64,000 nt of DNA from contig CAXXRD010000002.1 in the NCBI GenBank assembly GCA_963663895.2, positions 32,001 to 96,000 of the forward strand, written 5' to 3'. The position numbers and the translations under genes are program-made. This DNA is from Dehalococcoidia bacterium (GTDB taxonomy: Bacteria > Chloroflexota > Dehalococcoidia > Bin125). A model generated the notes under the pieces. The model saw only the letters and a list, made by a program, of their open reading frames with translations, was not told where the DNA came from and ran no database searches. Numbering within the stretch: position 1 is the stretch's first letter; every line of letters starts with the position of its first letter. Shown piece by piece: positions 1 through 9,850 of this stretch.

Positions 1-1510
1 CGATCCCTATCTCGGTAACACGCACGCCGCCGACCACACCGTCCTGGTGCCCGTCTTCTTCGAAGGCAAGCACGTTTTCACGACCTGCGTCAAAGCGCAT
101 CAGGCCGACATCGGCGACGCCATCCCTACCACGTACATGCCCAAAGCCCGCGACGTCTACGAAGAGGGCGCCCTGATCTTTCCCTGCGTGAAAGTGCAAG
201 AGAGCTACCAAGACGTGGGCGACATCATCCGCATGTGCCAGAAGCGCATCCGCGTCCCCGAGGTCTGGTACGGCGACTACCTCGCCATGATCGCCGCCGC
301 CCGCGTCGGTGAGCAGGGGCTCAAGGATCTCTGCGCCAAGTTCGGCCTCGACACGGTCAAGACATTCGTCCGTGAATGGCTCGACTACCAGGAGCGCGTC
401 ATCGACGCCGCCATCCGCAAGCTGCCACCCGGCCGGCTCCACGCCCACACGACCTTCGACCCCTTCCCCTATCTTCCCGACGGCGTCCCTCTCCAAGCCG
501 GCATCGACATCGACCCCGCCGCCGGCCGCGTCACCGTCGACATGCGCGACAATCCGGACACCACCCCCACCGGCCTCAATCTCAGCCGCGCCACCGCCAC
601 CAACGCCGGCATCTCCGCCGTCCTCGCCGTCCTCAACTCGCTCCCCACCGTCGACACCGAGGTCAAGAACAACGCCGGCAGCTTCCGCCGCATCCAGGTC
701 CTCCTGCGCGAGAACTGCGTCGTCGGCATCCCTCGCCACCCCACCTCCTGCTCCATGGCCACCACCGGCATCGCCGACCGGGTACAAGCGATGATTCACG
801 CCGCCTTCGGCCGCCACGCCGACGGGATCGGTCTGGCCGAGTCCGGCCGTGGTCAAGGGCCCTACATGGCCGTCGTCTCCGGCTACGACCGGCGCCGCGA
901 CGAGCCCTACATGCTCTCCCTCTTCAGCGGAACCGCCGGCGGTCCCGGCACCCCCAACACCGATGGCTGGCTCACCTTCCTCATGGCCGCCGGCGCCGGC
1001 CTGCTCTACATCGATCAGTCCGAAGTGATTGAGCAGAAATATCCGATGGTGGTGATCGAGATGCGTGTCCGCCTCGACTCGGAAGGCGCCGGCCGCCAGC
1101 GCGGCGCTCCCGGATCTATCACCGTCTTCGGCCCCATCGACCATACGATGGAGGTCCACTACTCCCTCGACGGCATGATCAATGTCCCTCTCGGGGTGCA
1201 GGGCGGAGGCCCTGCCCTCGGCCCCGCCGCTCAGCTCATCGACGCCGACGGCGCCACCCGCGACTTACCCGACATCGTCGGCGAGCAGCCCCTGCAAGCC
1301 GGTGAGCACATCGTCTCCCTCTCCGCCGGCGGGGGCGGCTACGGTCACCCCCACCAGCGCCCGGCTCAAGCCGTCCTCAGCGACGTCGTCGAGGGCTACA
1401 TCTCTCCCCGCCGCGCCCGCGAGACTTACGGCGTCGCCCTCGCAGGCGATCCCGCCAAGGTCGAGACCTTGCGGGTGGACGAGACGGCCACCGCGACGCT
1501 GCGCGCCTAA
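1..1510 (+). CDS. Hydantoinase B/oxoprolinase family protein, copy 1 (5'-truncated by window edge)
   Basis: Frame open from the window start (DPYLGNTHAADH); motifs KAHQADIG, EEGALIFP, DSEGAGRQRG, SAGGGGYG; collinear with downstream paralogues. Confidence 0.92.
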   Translation, partial: DPYLGNTHAADHTVLVPVFFEGKHVFTTCVKAHQADIGDAIPTTYMPKARDVYEEGALIFPCVKVQESYQDVGDIIRMCQKRIRVPEVWYGDYLAMIAAARVGEQGLKDLCAKFGLDTVKTFVREWLDYQERVIDAAIRKLPPGRLHAHTTFDPFPYLPDGVPLQAGIDIDPAAGRVTVDMRDNPDTTPTGLNLSRATATNAGISAVLAVLNSLPTVDTEVKNNAGSFRRIQVLLRENCVVGIPRHPTSCSMATTGIADRVQAMIHAAFGRHADGIGLAESGRGQGPYMAVVSGYDRRRDEPYMLSLFSGTAGGPGTPNTDGWLTFLMAAGAGLLYIDQSEVIEQKYPMVVIEMRVRLDSEGAGRQRGAPGSITVFGPIDHTMEVHYSLDGMINVPLGVQGGGPALGPAAQLIDADGATRDLPDIVGEQPLQAGEHIVSLSAGGGGYGHPHQRPAQAVLSDVVEGYISPRRARETYGVALAGDPAKVETLRVDETATATLRA

Positions 1511-1696
1511 GCCGGCTCGGCCTGCCCCCCTCTTTCCAGCGGGGATCAGGAAACCGGGCGCGACTCCTGAGACGGCGGCGCCCCTACGGCAGCCCCCAAG
1601 GCCAAGACAGCCTCCGCATCAACGCCGCCGCGCGCGCTACCCTGCCCCCAAGGCCGCGTGAACCCACCGCAAGGATCGGACGAAGGACTTAGCCGC

Positions 1697-3493
1697 ATGC
1701 CACCCGAGACTCCCGCCATGGATCCGGTACAGATGCTCGTCATGGCCAACCGCATCGACGGCATCACCCGCGAGATGACCAACACCCTCGTACGCACCGC
1801 CCGCTCCACCACCCTCGTCGCCCGCGACTTCTCCACCTCCATCTCCGACGCCGACCACCAGCTCTTCGCCGCGCCCGAGGGCGTCCCCTGCCACGTCTAC
1901 GGATCCGGCCTCCTCTGCGAAGCGATGGCCGACCTGCACCCCGACTTCCAAGAGGGCGACGCCTTCCTCCACAACGACCCCTACCTCGGAAACTCCCACG
2001 CCGCCGACCACACCATCCTGGTGCCCGTTTTCTTCGAAGGCACACACATCTTCACCACCTGCGTGAAGGCGCACCAGGCCGACTGCGGCAACGCCATCCC
2101 CTCCACCTACACCCCCAAAGCGATCGACGTCTACCAGGAGGGCGCCCTCATCTTCCCCTGCGTTCGCATCCAGCGACGCTATCAAGATGTCGGCGACATC
2201 GTCCGCATGTGCCAGAAGCGCATCCGCGTCCCCGAGATCTGGTACGGCGACTACCTGGCCATGCTGGCCGCCGCCCGCGTGGGCGAGCAACGCATCAAGG
2301 ACCTCTGCCGCAAGTTCGGGCTCGAAACCGTGCAACGCTTCGTCCAGGAATGGAAGAGCTACTGCGAGCGGCTGGCAACCGACGCCATTTCCAAGCTGCC
2401 TCCCGGCCGTATCCATGCCCAAACCGCCCTCGATCCCTTTCCCAACGTCCCCGACGGCATCCCGCTCCAAGCCGCCATCGAAGTCCGGCCCGGCGACGGC
2501 CAGGTCACCGTCGACCTGCGCGACAACCCGGACTGCACCCCCACCGGCCTCAACCTCTCCCAGTCCACCGCCGTCAACTGCGGCATCTCCGGCGTCCTCA
2601 CCGTGCTCAACTCCAAGCGCCGGGCCAAGGCCGCCCTCGTCCCCAACAATGCCGGCAGCTTCCGCCGCGTCACCGTCCACGTCCGCGAGAACTGCGTCGT
2701 CGGCATCCCCCAGCACCCCGCCTCCTGCTCCATGGCCACCAACACCGTCGCCGACCGCGCCCTGGGCATGATCTACGCCGCCTTCGCGGAGCTCGGCGAC
2801 GGCGTCGGTCTCGCCCAGCCCTGCTGGGGCTCCGGTCCCTACCAAGGCGTCGCCTCCGGCTATCACCGCAAGCGCGACGAACGCTACGTGCTCCAGCTCT
2901 TCGCCGGCACCGCCGGCGGCCCCGCCTCGGCCGAGTCCGACGGCTGGCTCACCCTGCTCATCGCCAACGGTGGCGGCCTCAACTACTTCGACCAAGCCGA
3001 GGTCGTCGAGCAGAAGTATCCCTTCGTCATCTGGCGCACCTGCGTTCGCCCGGACTCCGAAGGCGCCGGGCGGCAGCGCGGCGGCCCCGGCAACATCTGC
3101 ATCTACGGACCCCTCGCCGACGAAGAGCCGATGGTCGTCCACTACTCCCAAGACGGCATGATCACCTCGCCCAAAGGCGTCCGCGCCGGCGGCCCCGCCC
3201 TCGGCTCGCAGGTCTGGCTGCGCCGCGCCGGCGGCCGCGATCACTACCTCCCCAGCATCGTGGGCGAGCAAACCGTCGGTCCCGACGAGCGCCTTATCTC
3301 CCTTTCCGCCGGCGGCGGCGGCTACGGCCATCCCCACCAGCGTCCGCCGCAAGCCGTCCTCACCGACGTCGTCGAGGGCTACATCTCCCCCCAGCGCGCC
3401 CGCGCCGTCTACGGCGTCGCCCTCGCAGGAGACGCCACCAGGGTCGAAACCCTGCGGGTGGACGAGGCCGTCACCGCGACCCTGCGCGCCTAG
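1697..3493 (+). CDS. Hydantoinase B/oxoprolinase family protein, copy 2
   Basis: MDPVQ..NRIDGITREM..RTARS, RDFS, NDPYLGNSH.AD, GGGGYG; ATG at 1697 after GAAGGA (ORF track starts at 1658). Confidence 0.93.
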   Translation: MPPETPAMDPVQMLVMANRIDGITREMTNTLVRTARSTTLVARDFSTSISDADHQLFAAPEGVPCHVYGSGLLCEAMADLHPDFQEGDAFLHNDPYLGNSHAADHTILVPVFFEGTHIFTTCVKAHQADCGNAIPSTYTPKAIDVYQEGALIFPCVRIQRRYQDVGDIVRMCQKRIRVPEIWYGDYLAMLAAARVGEQRIKDLCRKFGLETVQRFVQEWKSYCERLATDAISKLPPGRIHAQTALDPFPNVPDGIPLQAAIEVRPGDGQVTVDLRDNPDCTPTGLNLSQSTAVNCGISGVLTVLNSKRRAKAALVPNNAGSFRRVTVHVRENCVVGIPQHPASCSMATNTVADRALGMIYAAFAELGDGVGLAQPCWGSGPYQGVASGYHRKRDERYVLQLFAGTAGGPASAESDGWLTLLIANGGGLNYFDQAEVVEQKYPFVIWRTCVRPDSEGAGRQRGGPGNICIYGPLADEEPMVVHYSQDGMITSPKGVRAGGPALGSQVWLRRAGGRDHYLPSIVGEQTVGPDERLISLSAGGGGYGHPHQRPPQAVLTDVVEGYISPQRARAVYGVALAGDATRVETLRVDEAVTATLRA

Positions 3494-3611
3494 GCCGGAT
3501 CGTCGCACCGCCAGCCCCGCAACTCTCCTCCGTATGGATGACGCCGCGAGCGCTACCCTGCCAAGCGGATCACGGGAGCCCGAGCACTAAACGACCGAAG
3601 GATTGAGCCGC

Positions 3612-5432
3612 ATGCCACCCGAGACTCCCACCATGGACCCGGTCCAGCTGCTCGTCATGGCCAACCGCGTCGACGGCATCGTCCGCGAGATGACCGAAAC
3701 CCTGGTCCGCACCGGCCGCTCCGCCCAGCTCGCCGCCCGCGACCTCTCCTGCTCCCTCTCCACCGCCCAGCACGAACTCTTCGCCGCCCCCGACGGCTGT
3801 CCCGTCCACGTCTACGGCTCCGGCCTGCTCTGCGAGGCGATGGCCGATCTCCACCCCGACTTTGAGGAGGGCGACGCCTTCCTGCACAACGACCCCTACC
3901 TGGGCAACACCCACGCCGCCGACCACACCGTGATGGTCCCCGTCTTCTTCAAGGGCGAGCACATCTTCACCACCTGCGCCAAGGCCCACCTCTCCGACAC
4001 GGGCAACGCCATCGCCACCACTTACTCGCCCGAATCCATCGACGTCTACGCCGAGGGCGCCCTCATCTTCCCCTGCGTCAAGATCCAGGAGCACTACACC
4101 GACCGAAACGACATCATCCGCATGTGCCGCAAGCGCATCCGCGTCCCCGAGATCTGGTACGGCGACTATCTCGCCATGCTGGCCGCCGCCCGCGTCGGCG
4201 AGCGCCGCATCCAGCAGTTCTGTGAGAAGTTCGGCCTCGACACCGTCAAGACCTTCGTGCGGGAATGGCTCGACTACTCCGAGCGCATGACCATCGCCGC
4301 CATCCGCGACCTCCCCGCCGGCCGGGCCGAAGCCACCAGCACCGTCGATCCCTTCCCCGGCGTCCCCGACGGCATCCCGCTCCAGACCGAAGTCATCGTC
4401 GATCCCGCAGCCGCCCGCGTCACGGTCGATTTCCGCGACAATCCCGATTGCACGCCCACCGGCCTCAACCAAAGCCGAGCCACGGCGACCACCGCCGGCA
4501 TCTCCGGCATCCTGCACATCCTCAACGGCCACCCCGAAGCCAAGTCCGAGATCGCTCCCAACAACGGCGGCAGCTTCCGCCGCTTCGACATCCTCCTGCG
4601 GGAAAACTGTGTCCTCGGCATCCCCGTGCACCCCACCTCTTGCTCAATGGCCACCACCACCGTCTTCGAACGGGCCGTCAGCATGATCTTTTCCGCCTTC
4701 GCCAAGCTGGCCGACGGCGTCGGCTTCGGTGAGCCCTGCTGGGGCCTCGCCCCCCTCGACGGCGTGGTCTCCGGCTTCGACCGGCGGCGCGGCGAGCCCT
4801 ACATCTTCCAGATCTTCAGCGGCACCGCCGGCGGGCCCGCCGGCCCGCGCAACGACGGCTGGCTCACCCTCCTCGGCCCCGGCGCCGCCGGCTGCCTCTA
4901 CCTCGACTCCGCCGAAGTCATCGAGCAGAAATACCCCATGGCCGTCTACGAGCGGCGCGTGCGCCTCGACTCCGAGGGCGCCGGCCGCACCCGCGGCGCT
5001 CCCGGCAACATCTGCGCCTACGGCCCTCTCCTCGACCCGCAGGTCGTCTACTACTCCCTCGACGGCATGTTCAACCCGCCCCGCGGCGTCCGCGCCGGCG
5101 GTCCGCCCCTCGGTCCCAGCGCCCAGCTTCGCACGGCCGGGGGCGACGTCCGCGTCCTTCCCAACCTCGTGGGCGAGCAATGGCTCCAGCGCGGCGAGCA
5201 GATCGTCTCCATCTCCGCCGGGGGCGGCGGCTACGGCCACCCCCATCAACGCTCGGCCCAAGCCGTCCTCCACGACGCGGTCGAGGGCTACATCTCTCCC
5301 GGACGCGCCCGCGCGCTCTACGGCGTCGTCCTCGCGGGCAACCCGGACAAGGCCGAAACCCTCCGCATCGACGAAGCCGCCACCCAGGCCCTGCGCTCCG
5401 GCTCGACCACAGCCGCTCGCCCGGCCGGATAG
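3612..5432 (+). CDS. Hydantoinase B/oxoprolinase family protein, copy 3
   Basis: Same motif set; 5' region nearly identical to that of copy 2. Confidence 0.93.
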   Translation: MPPETPTMDPVQLLVMANRVDGIVREMTETLVRTGRSAQLAARDLSCSLSTAQHELFAAPDGCPVHVYGSGLLCEAMADLHPDFEEGDAFLHNDPYLGNTHAADHTVMVPVFFKGEHIFTTCAKAHLSDTGNAIATTYSPESIDVYAEGALIFPCVKIQEHYTDRNDIIRMCRKRIRVPEIWYGDYLAMLAAARVGERRIQQFCEKFGLDTVKTFVREWLDYSERMTIAAIRDLPAGRAEATSTVDPFPGVPDGIPLQTEVIVDPAAARVTVDFRDNPDCTPTGLNQSRATATTAGISGILHILNGHPEAKSEIAPNNGGSFRRFDILLRENCVLGIPVHPTSCSMATTTVFERAVSMIFSAFAKLADGVGFGEPCWGLAPLDGVVSGFDRRRGEPYIFQIFSGTAGGPAGPRNDGWLTLLGPGAAGCLYLDSAEVIEQKYPMAVYERRVRLDSEGAGRTRGAPGNICAYGPLLDPQVVYYSLDGMFNPPRGVRAGGPPLGPSAQLRTAGGDVRVLPNLVGEQWLQRGEQIVSISAGGGGYGHPHQRSAQAVLHDAVEGYISPGRARALYGVVLAGNPDKAETLRIDEAATQALRSGSTTAARPAG

Positions 5433-5552
5433 CGCGCTCCGCGCCGGCGATCAGCGGCAGAGCGCGATCTGAAGTAGACTCCCGCCGACCAGCCAGCCGA
5501 CGCGAGCCGCGCCCCCGCGCGGCGGCGCACCGTCCCGAACGCGAGTAGCTCA

Positions 5553-5966
5553 ATGACCCTCCACGCCCGCTCCGCCATCAATCCCGACGGCCTCCTCAAG
5601 TTTCCCGGCCCGGTCTCCCAAGGGATGCGCGCCAAGGCCGACGAGTACATCTTCGTCGCCGGCCAGGTCGCCCTCGGTCCCGACGGCGCCGTCGTCGCCC
5701 CGCACGACATGGACGGCCAGGCCCGCAAGGTGCTCGAGAACATCGACATCCTCCTCAAGGAGGCCGGCGCCGACTGGGACAACATCGTCGACTTCACCAC
5801 CTACATCGTCGGCTCCCAGCACATGACCACCTTCATGCAGGTCCGCAACGAGCTCTTCCCCACCTACTTCAAGAGCGGCGTCTACCCGCCCAACACGCTC
5901 ATCTTCGTCAGCGGCCTCTTCAAGCCCGATCTCGTGCTCGAGATCCACGTCACCATCGGCGTCTGA
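5553..5966 (+). CDS. RidA/YjgF/UK114 family protein
   Basis: 137 aa; IFVAGQVA, QARKVLENI..LL.EAG, PPNT, LVLEI motifs. Confidence 0.88.
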   Translation: MTLHARSAINPDGLLKFPGPVSQGMRAKADEYIFVAGQVALGPDGAVVAPHDMDGQARKVLENIDILLKEAGADWDNIVDFTTYIVGSQHMTTFMQVRNELFPTYFKSGVYPPNTLIFVSGLFKPDLVLEIHVTIGV

Positions 5967-6051
5967 GGAGCTATCCGAGAAGCCGCCCGGCACGTCCACG
6001 AGCCACACAGCCAACCCAGCAAAGCGCGGCGCAGCCACCCGAGGCAGAACC

Positions 6052-7845
6052 ATGTCCACCCGCGACGAGCGAACGATCGACCCGGTGCAACTCCTGGTCA
6101 TGGCCAACCGCATCGACGGAATCACCCGCGAGATGACCAACACCCTAGTGCGCACGGCCCGATCCGCCACCCTCGTCGCCCGCGACTTCTCCTGCTCGAT
6201 CGCCGACGCCGACCACCAGCTCTTCTCCGCGCCCGAGGGCATCCCCGTCCACGTCTTCGGCACCGGCCTCCTCTGCGAGGCGATGGCCGACCTGCACCCC
6301 GACTTCCAGGAGGGCGACGCCTTCCTCCACAACGATCCCTACCTGGGCAACTCCCACCCGGCCGACCACACGGTCATGGTCCCCGTCTTCGTCGAGGGGC
6401 AGCACGTCTTCACCTGCTGCGTCAAGGCGCACCAGGCCGACATCGGCAACAGCATCCCCACCACCTACACGCCCAAGGCGATCGACGTCTACCAGGAGGG
6501 CGCCCTGATCTTCCCCTGCGTCAAGGTGCAGGAGCGCTACCAGGACGTGGGCGACGTCATCCGCATGTGCCAGAAGCGCATCCGCGTGCCCCAGGTCTGG
6601 TACGGCGACTATCTGGGCATGCTGGCCGCCGCCCGCGTGGGCGAGGAGCGCGTCAAGGACTTCTGCCAGAAGTTCGGGCTGGAAACCGTGCAGCGCTTCA
6701 TCCAGGAGTGGAAGGACTACTGCGAGCGGCTGGCCGACTCCGCCATCCGCCAGCTCCCGGCCGGGCGCGTCCACGCCCAGACGGCCCTCGACCCCTTCCC
6801 CAACGTTCCCGACGGCATCCCCCTCCAGGCCGAGATCGCGATCGAGCCCGACCAGGGCCAGATCACGATCGACATGCGCGACAACCCGGACTGCACCCCC
6901 ACCGGGCTCAACCTCTCCCAGTCGACCGCCACCAACGCCGCCATCTCCGGCGTGCTGATGGTGCTCAACTCGGACCGCGAGGCCAAGGCGCCGGTGGTCT
7001 TCAACAACGCCGGCAGCTTCCGCCGCTTCAACGTCCTCCTGCGCGAGAACTGCGTGATCGGCATCCCCCGCCACCCTCACTCCTGCTCCATGGCCACCAA
7101 CACCGTGGCCGACCGGGCCATGTCGATGATCTACTCGGCCTTCGCCCAGCTCGGCGACGGCTACGGCCTGGCCGAGCCCTGCTTCGGCTCCGGCCCCTTC
7201 CAGGGCGTCGTCTCCGGCTACAACCACAGGCGCCGGGAGCCCTACGTGCTGCAGCTCTTCTCCGGCACGGCCGGCGGTCCCGGCGGCCCCCAGTCCGACG
7301 GCTGGCTCACCCTCTTCATCCCCGCCGGCAACGGCCTCCTCTACATGGACGAGGCCGAGGTGATCGAGCAGAAGTACCCCTTCATGATCTGGGACAACCG
7401 CGTGCGCCCCGACTCGGAGGGCGCCGGCCGCCACCGCGGCGCCCCCGGTAACGTCTGCATCTACGGCACCCTGGACGAGGACATGGAGGTTCACTACTCC
7501 CTGGACGGCTCCATCAACCCGCCCAAGGGCGTCCTGGGCGGCGGCCCCGCCCTGGGCCCGGCCGCCCTGCTGCAGAACCCCGACGGCAGCCAGACCGACC
7601 TGCCCGAGATCGTGGGCGAGCAGGTGGTCCCGCCGCGCCACGCCATCGTCAGCCTCTCGGCCGGCGGCGGCGGCTACGGCCCCGCGCACGAGCGCGACCC
7701 CGGAGCCGTGCTCACGGACGTGGTCGAGGGCTACGTCTCCTATGAACGGGCGCGCGATGCCTACGGAGTGGCGCTGGCGGGCGAGCCGGACAAGGTGGAG
7801 ACGCTACGGGTGGATCGGGCAGAGACCGCCGCGCTGCGCGCTTAA
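6052..7845 (+). CDS. Hydantoinase B/oxoprolinase family protein, copy 4
   Basis: Same motif set; GAGG RBS upstream. Confidence 0.93.
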   Translation: MSTRDERTIDPVQLLVMANRIDGITREMTNTLVRTARSATLVARDFSCSIADADHQLFSAPEGIPVHVFGTGLLCEAMADLHPDFQEGDAFLHNDPYLGNSHPADHTVMVPVFVEGQHVFTCCVKAHQADIGNSIPTTYTPKAIDVYQEGALIFPCVKVQERYQDVGDVIRMCQKRIRVPQVWYGDYLGMLAAARVGEERVKDFCQKFGLETVQRFIQEWKDYCERLADSAIRQLPAGRVHAQTALDPFPNVPDGIPLQAEIAIEPDQGQITIDMRDNPDCTPTGLNLSQSTATNAAISGVLMVLNSDREAKAPVVFNNAGSFRRFNVLLRENCVIGIPRHPHSCSMATNTVADRAMSMIYSAFAQLGDGYGLAEPCFGSGPFQGVVSGYNHRRREPYVLQLFSGTAGGPGGPQSDGWLTLFIPAGNGLLYMDEAEVIEQKYPFMIWDNRVRPDSEGAGRHRGAPGNVCIYGTLDEDMEVHYSLDGSINPPKGVLGGGPALGPAALLQNPDGSQTDLPEIVGEQVVPPRHAIVSLSAGGGGYGPAHERDPGAVLTDVVEGYVSYERARDAYGVALAGEPDKVETLRVDRAETAALRA

Positions 7846-7862
7846 CCTGGCAAGGGGACCGC

Positions 7863-8468
7863 GTGACTCCATCAGGCGACTTCCACGACATCGAACTGCC
7901 GCAAGGTCTTACCAAAGCAGCGATTCGCAAAGCGATCGACTACGTCGAGCGCGAACTGGCCGAATTAACGGAAATCTACTTCGAGCAAGCCAACCTCTTC
8001 AGCGGACTGGTAAGCGTCTTCGCCACGAAAGGGCTCGATCGCACGAGCATCTACGAAAAGCGCCGACACTCGGACCTAGCTCAAACCAGGTTTCCTGATC
8101 TTCGCCGCCGCGGAAGCCCAGACCCACCTCCAGCGGAGCACTCCCTTGAGTGCAAGGCGAGCAAGCGACCTTGGGCCGTTCAATCTCACTACGACCATCC
8201 TGGCTGGTACATCGTCTGGAGATACTTGGTCGACGACACCCAAACCCTTGAGCCGGGTAAATCGCTCATCATCTGGCGAGTCGACGTCGCATACATCAAC
8301 CGAGACGACTGGAAGTACGAGAAAAGCACGGCGAGTTCCGAGGGTGGGGGTCGGACAGAAACGTTCGGCTTGAAACGTCCCGCCACGAAGCTACGCGGCA
8401 AGGCCGTCTACACGCGATCAGACGTCGTCATCTCCAAAGGGAAGGCCGTACCCGCCAACGGAGACTGA
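7863..8468 (+). CDS. Putative PD-(D/E)xK restriction endonuclease
   Basis: FPDL...LECKAS motif; lower GC; convergent with and overlapping a DNA methyltransferase. Confidence 0.6.
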   Translation: MTPSGDFHDIELPQGLTKAAIRKAIDYVERELAELTEIYFEQANLFSGLVSVFATKGLDRTSIYEKRRHSDLAQTRFPDLRRRGSPDPPPAEHSLECKASKRPWAVQSHYDHPGWYIVWRYLVDDTQTLEPGKSLIIWRVDVAYINRDDWKYEKSTASSEGGGRTETFGLKRPATKLRGKAVYTRSDVVISKGKAVPANGD

Positions 8469-9614
8469 CTCCAGCGGCCCCGGGTCGCGGATAATCGTGC
8501 CCCGGAACGACTCGTAAGTCCCGACTTGCAGCGTCGCGAGTTGGGGAATTGCAGACTTCGCAATGTCAAAGAATCTCTTGTCGAGTTCCACACCCACGCT
8601 CTCATATCCGTTTGCTTCCGCAGCAGCAAGCGTCGAGCCGGACCCGGCAAAGGGATCAAGGATTCGTCCCTCACCGAGCGGCAGAATCGCTCTCACGACC
8701 TGACGCAGGAACGCTTGCGGTTTCAGGCTCGGATGAGGCGCGATCTCACGTTCCGAAGCCCGAGTCGGCCTTGAGACGATCACATCGCCGAACGGCCTCT
8801 CGTCCGAGACGCGGCGGAGTCCACCTGCTTTCCATTTCCGGAGATTATCTTGGACGCGTCCCTCGATCGGCTTGCGGAACAGCAGCCACGGCTCCCACAT
8901 TGATCGGGGCATGACCGTCACATCGGAGAACTCTTCATGTGCGTTCTTCGGGCGATCTCCCCCTCGCATTGTCATGACGAGCCGCGCGATCTCCCCCCGA
9001 CGCTCGAATCCCGCGCCTATCACCATCGCCGCTACGCGGTAGGAGACGAGTGGATTCGAAGCAATGAGCACGTGGGCGCCTGGCACGAGGACTGGAAGAA
9101 GTCGTGTCGCCCACTCGCCGAAGAAGTCGTCCAAAGCAGCCAGATCTCGCTTGCTCAGCGTTGTGAAGCGCGGCACCGGGGACCGCTCGTGTCCGTCAAA
9201 GGATGGGGGGATGCGCCAAACGCCGCCTCTGCCATTCCGGCGCTTCTCTTGCTCTTTCGCGGTGTACTCCACTAGCCCGTAAGGCGGATCGGTGACAACA
9301 CCGTGCACACTGTTCGGTAGCTGCTCAGACAGCCATTCCAAGCAATTCGCCTGAACGAGTTCAGCGCTGCCGAATCGGTAGATCTCTGCCGCCCATCCCG
9401 GACGGAGCCGGTACCGTCCGTGGCCCGCTCGCTCGAACACGTCTCTAGAATTCAACCGGAGGTACGACCTCACGGATGACGGCGCCACTACTCCTCCCAA
9501 TTTTCTCTCGACATGCGCGCGAATATCACCTACCGGCGCTTCACCACCAAGGTCGCGCAACGACTCGATGATCGCGTCGCGTACTTCACCAGGGCGTCGA
9601 GATTTTTGTGTCAT
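8418..9614 (-). CDS. Beta-class N4C/N6A DNA methyltransferase with N-terminal winged-helix-like domain
   Basis: TDPPYG precedes HPSLKP and ILDPFAGSGST (beta order); about 75-aa helical N-terminus ending FERAGHGRYRL. Confidence 0.9.
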   Translation of the reverse strand: MTQKSRRPGEVRDAIIESLRDLGGEAPVGDIRAHVERKLGGVVAPSSVRSYLRLNSRDVFERAGHGRYRLRPGWAAEIYRFGSAELVQANCLEWLSEQLPNSVHGVVTDPPYGLVEYTAKEQEKRRNGRGGVWRIPPSFDGHERSPVPRFTTLSKRDLAALDDFFGEWATRLLPVLVPGAHVLIASNPLVSYRVAAMVIGAGFERRGEIARLVMTMRGGDRPKNAHEEFSDVTVMPRSMWEPWLLFRKPIEGRVQDNLRKWKAGGLRRVSDERPFGDVIVSRPTRASEREIAPHPSLKPQAFLRQVVRAILPLGEGRILDPFAGSGSTLAAAEANGYESVGVELDKRFFDIAKSAIPQLATLQVGTYESFRGTIIRDPGPLESVSVGGYGLPFGDDDV

Positions 9615-9850
9615 CGCGTATGAAGATAGACGTCTAGACGTCGGCCTTCAAACGCGGCGCGCACTGCGGCCGAGTGTGTTTATACTCAGTATGCCGATAG
9701 CCCAAAAATCCAGTGTCGTTGTCCTCTCCGATCAAGGATCATCCCGTCATCCAATGAACTGTTAAAGAGCCGTCATCTACCTGTCGCTTCATTTATCTAC
9801 CAATCTCTGTCCGCCTGCCTCCCCTTCCGACCCGCTATCATCCCCCGACC

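Noticed and set aside
1575-1595. CCCCTACGGCAG shared with 25875-25915, which has a CCCTACGG/CCGTAGGG inverted repeat
   Set aside because: Possibly REP-like, but only two short copies; insufficient support
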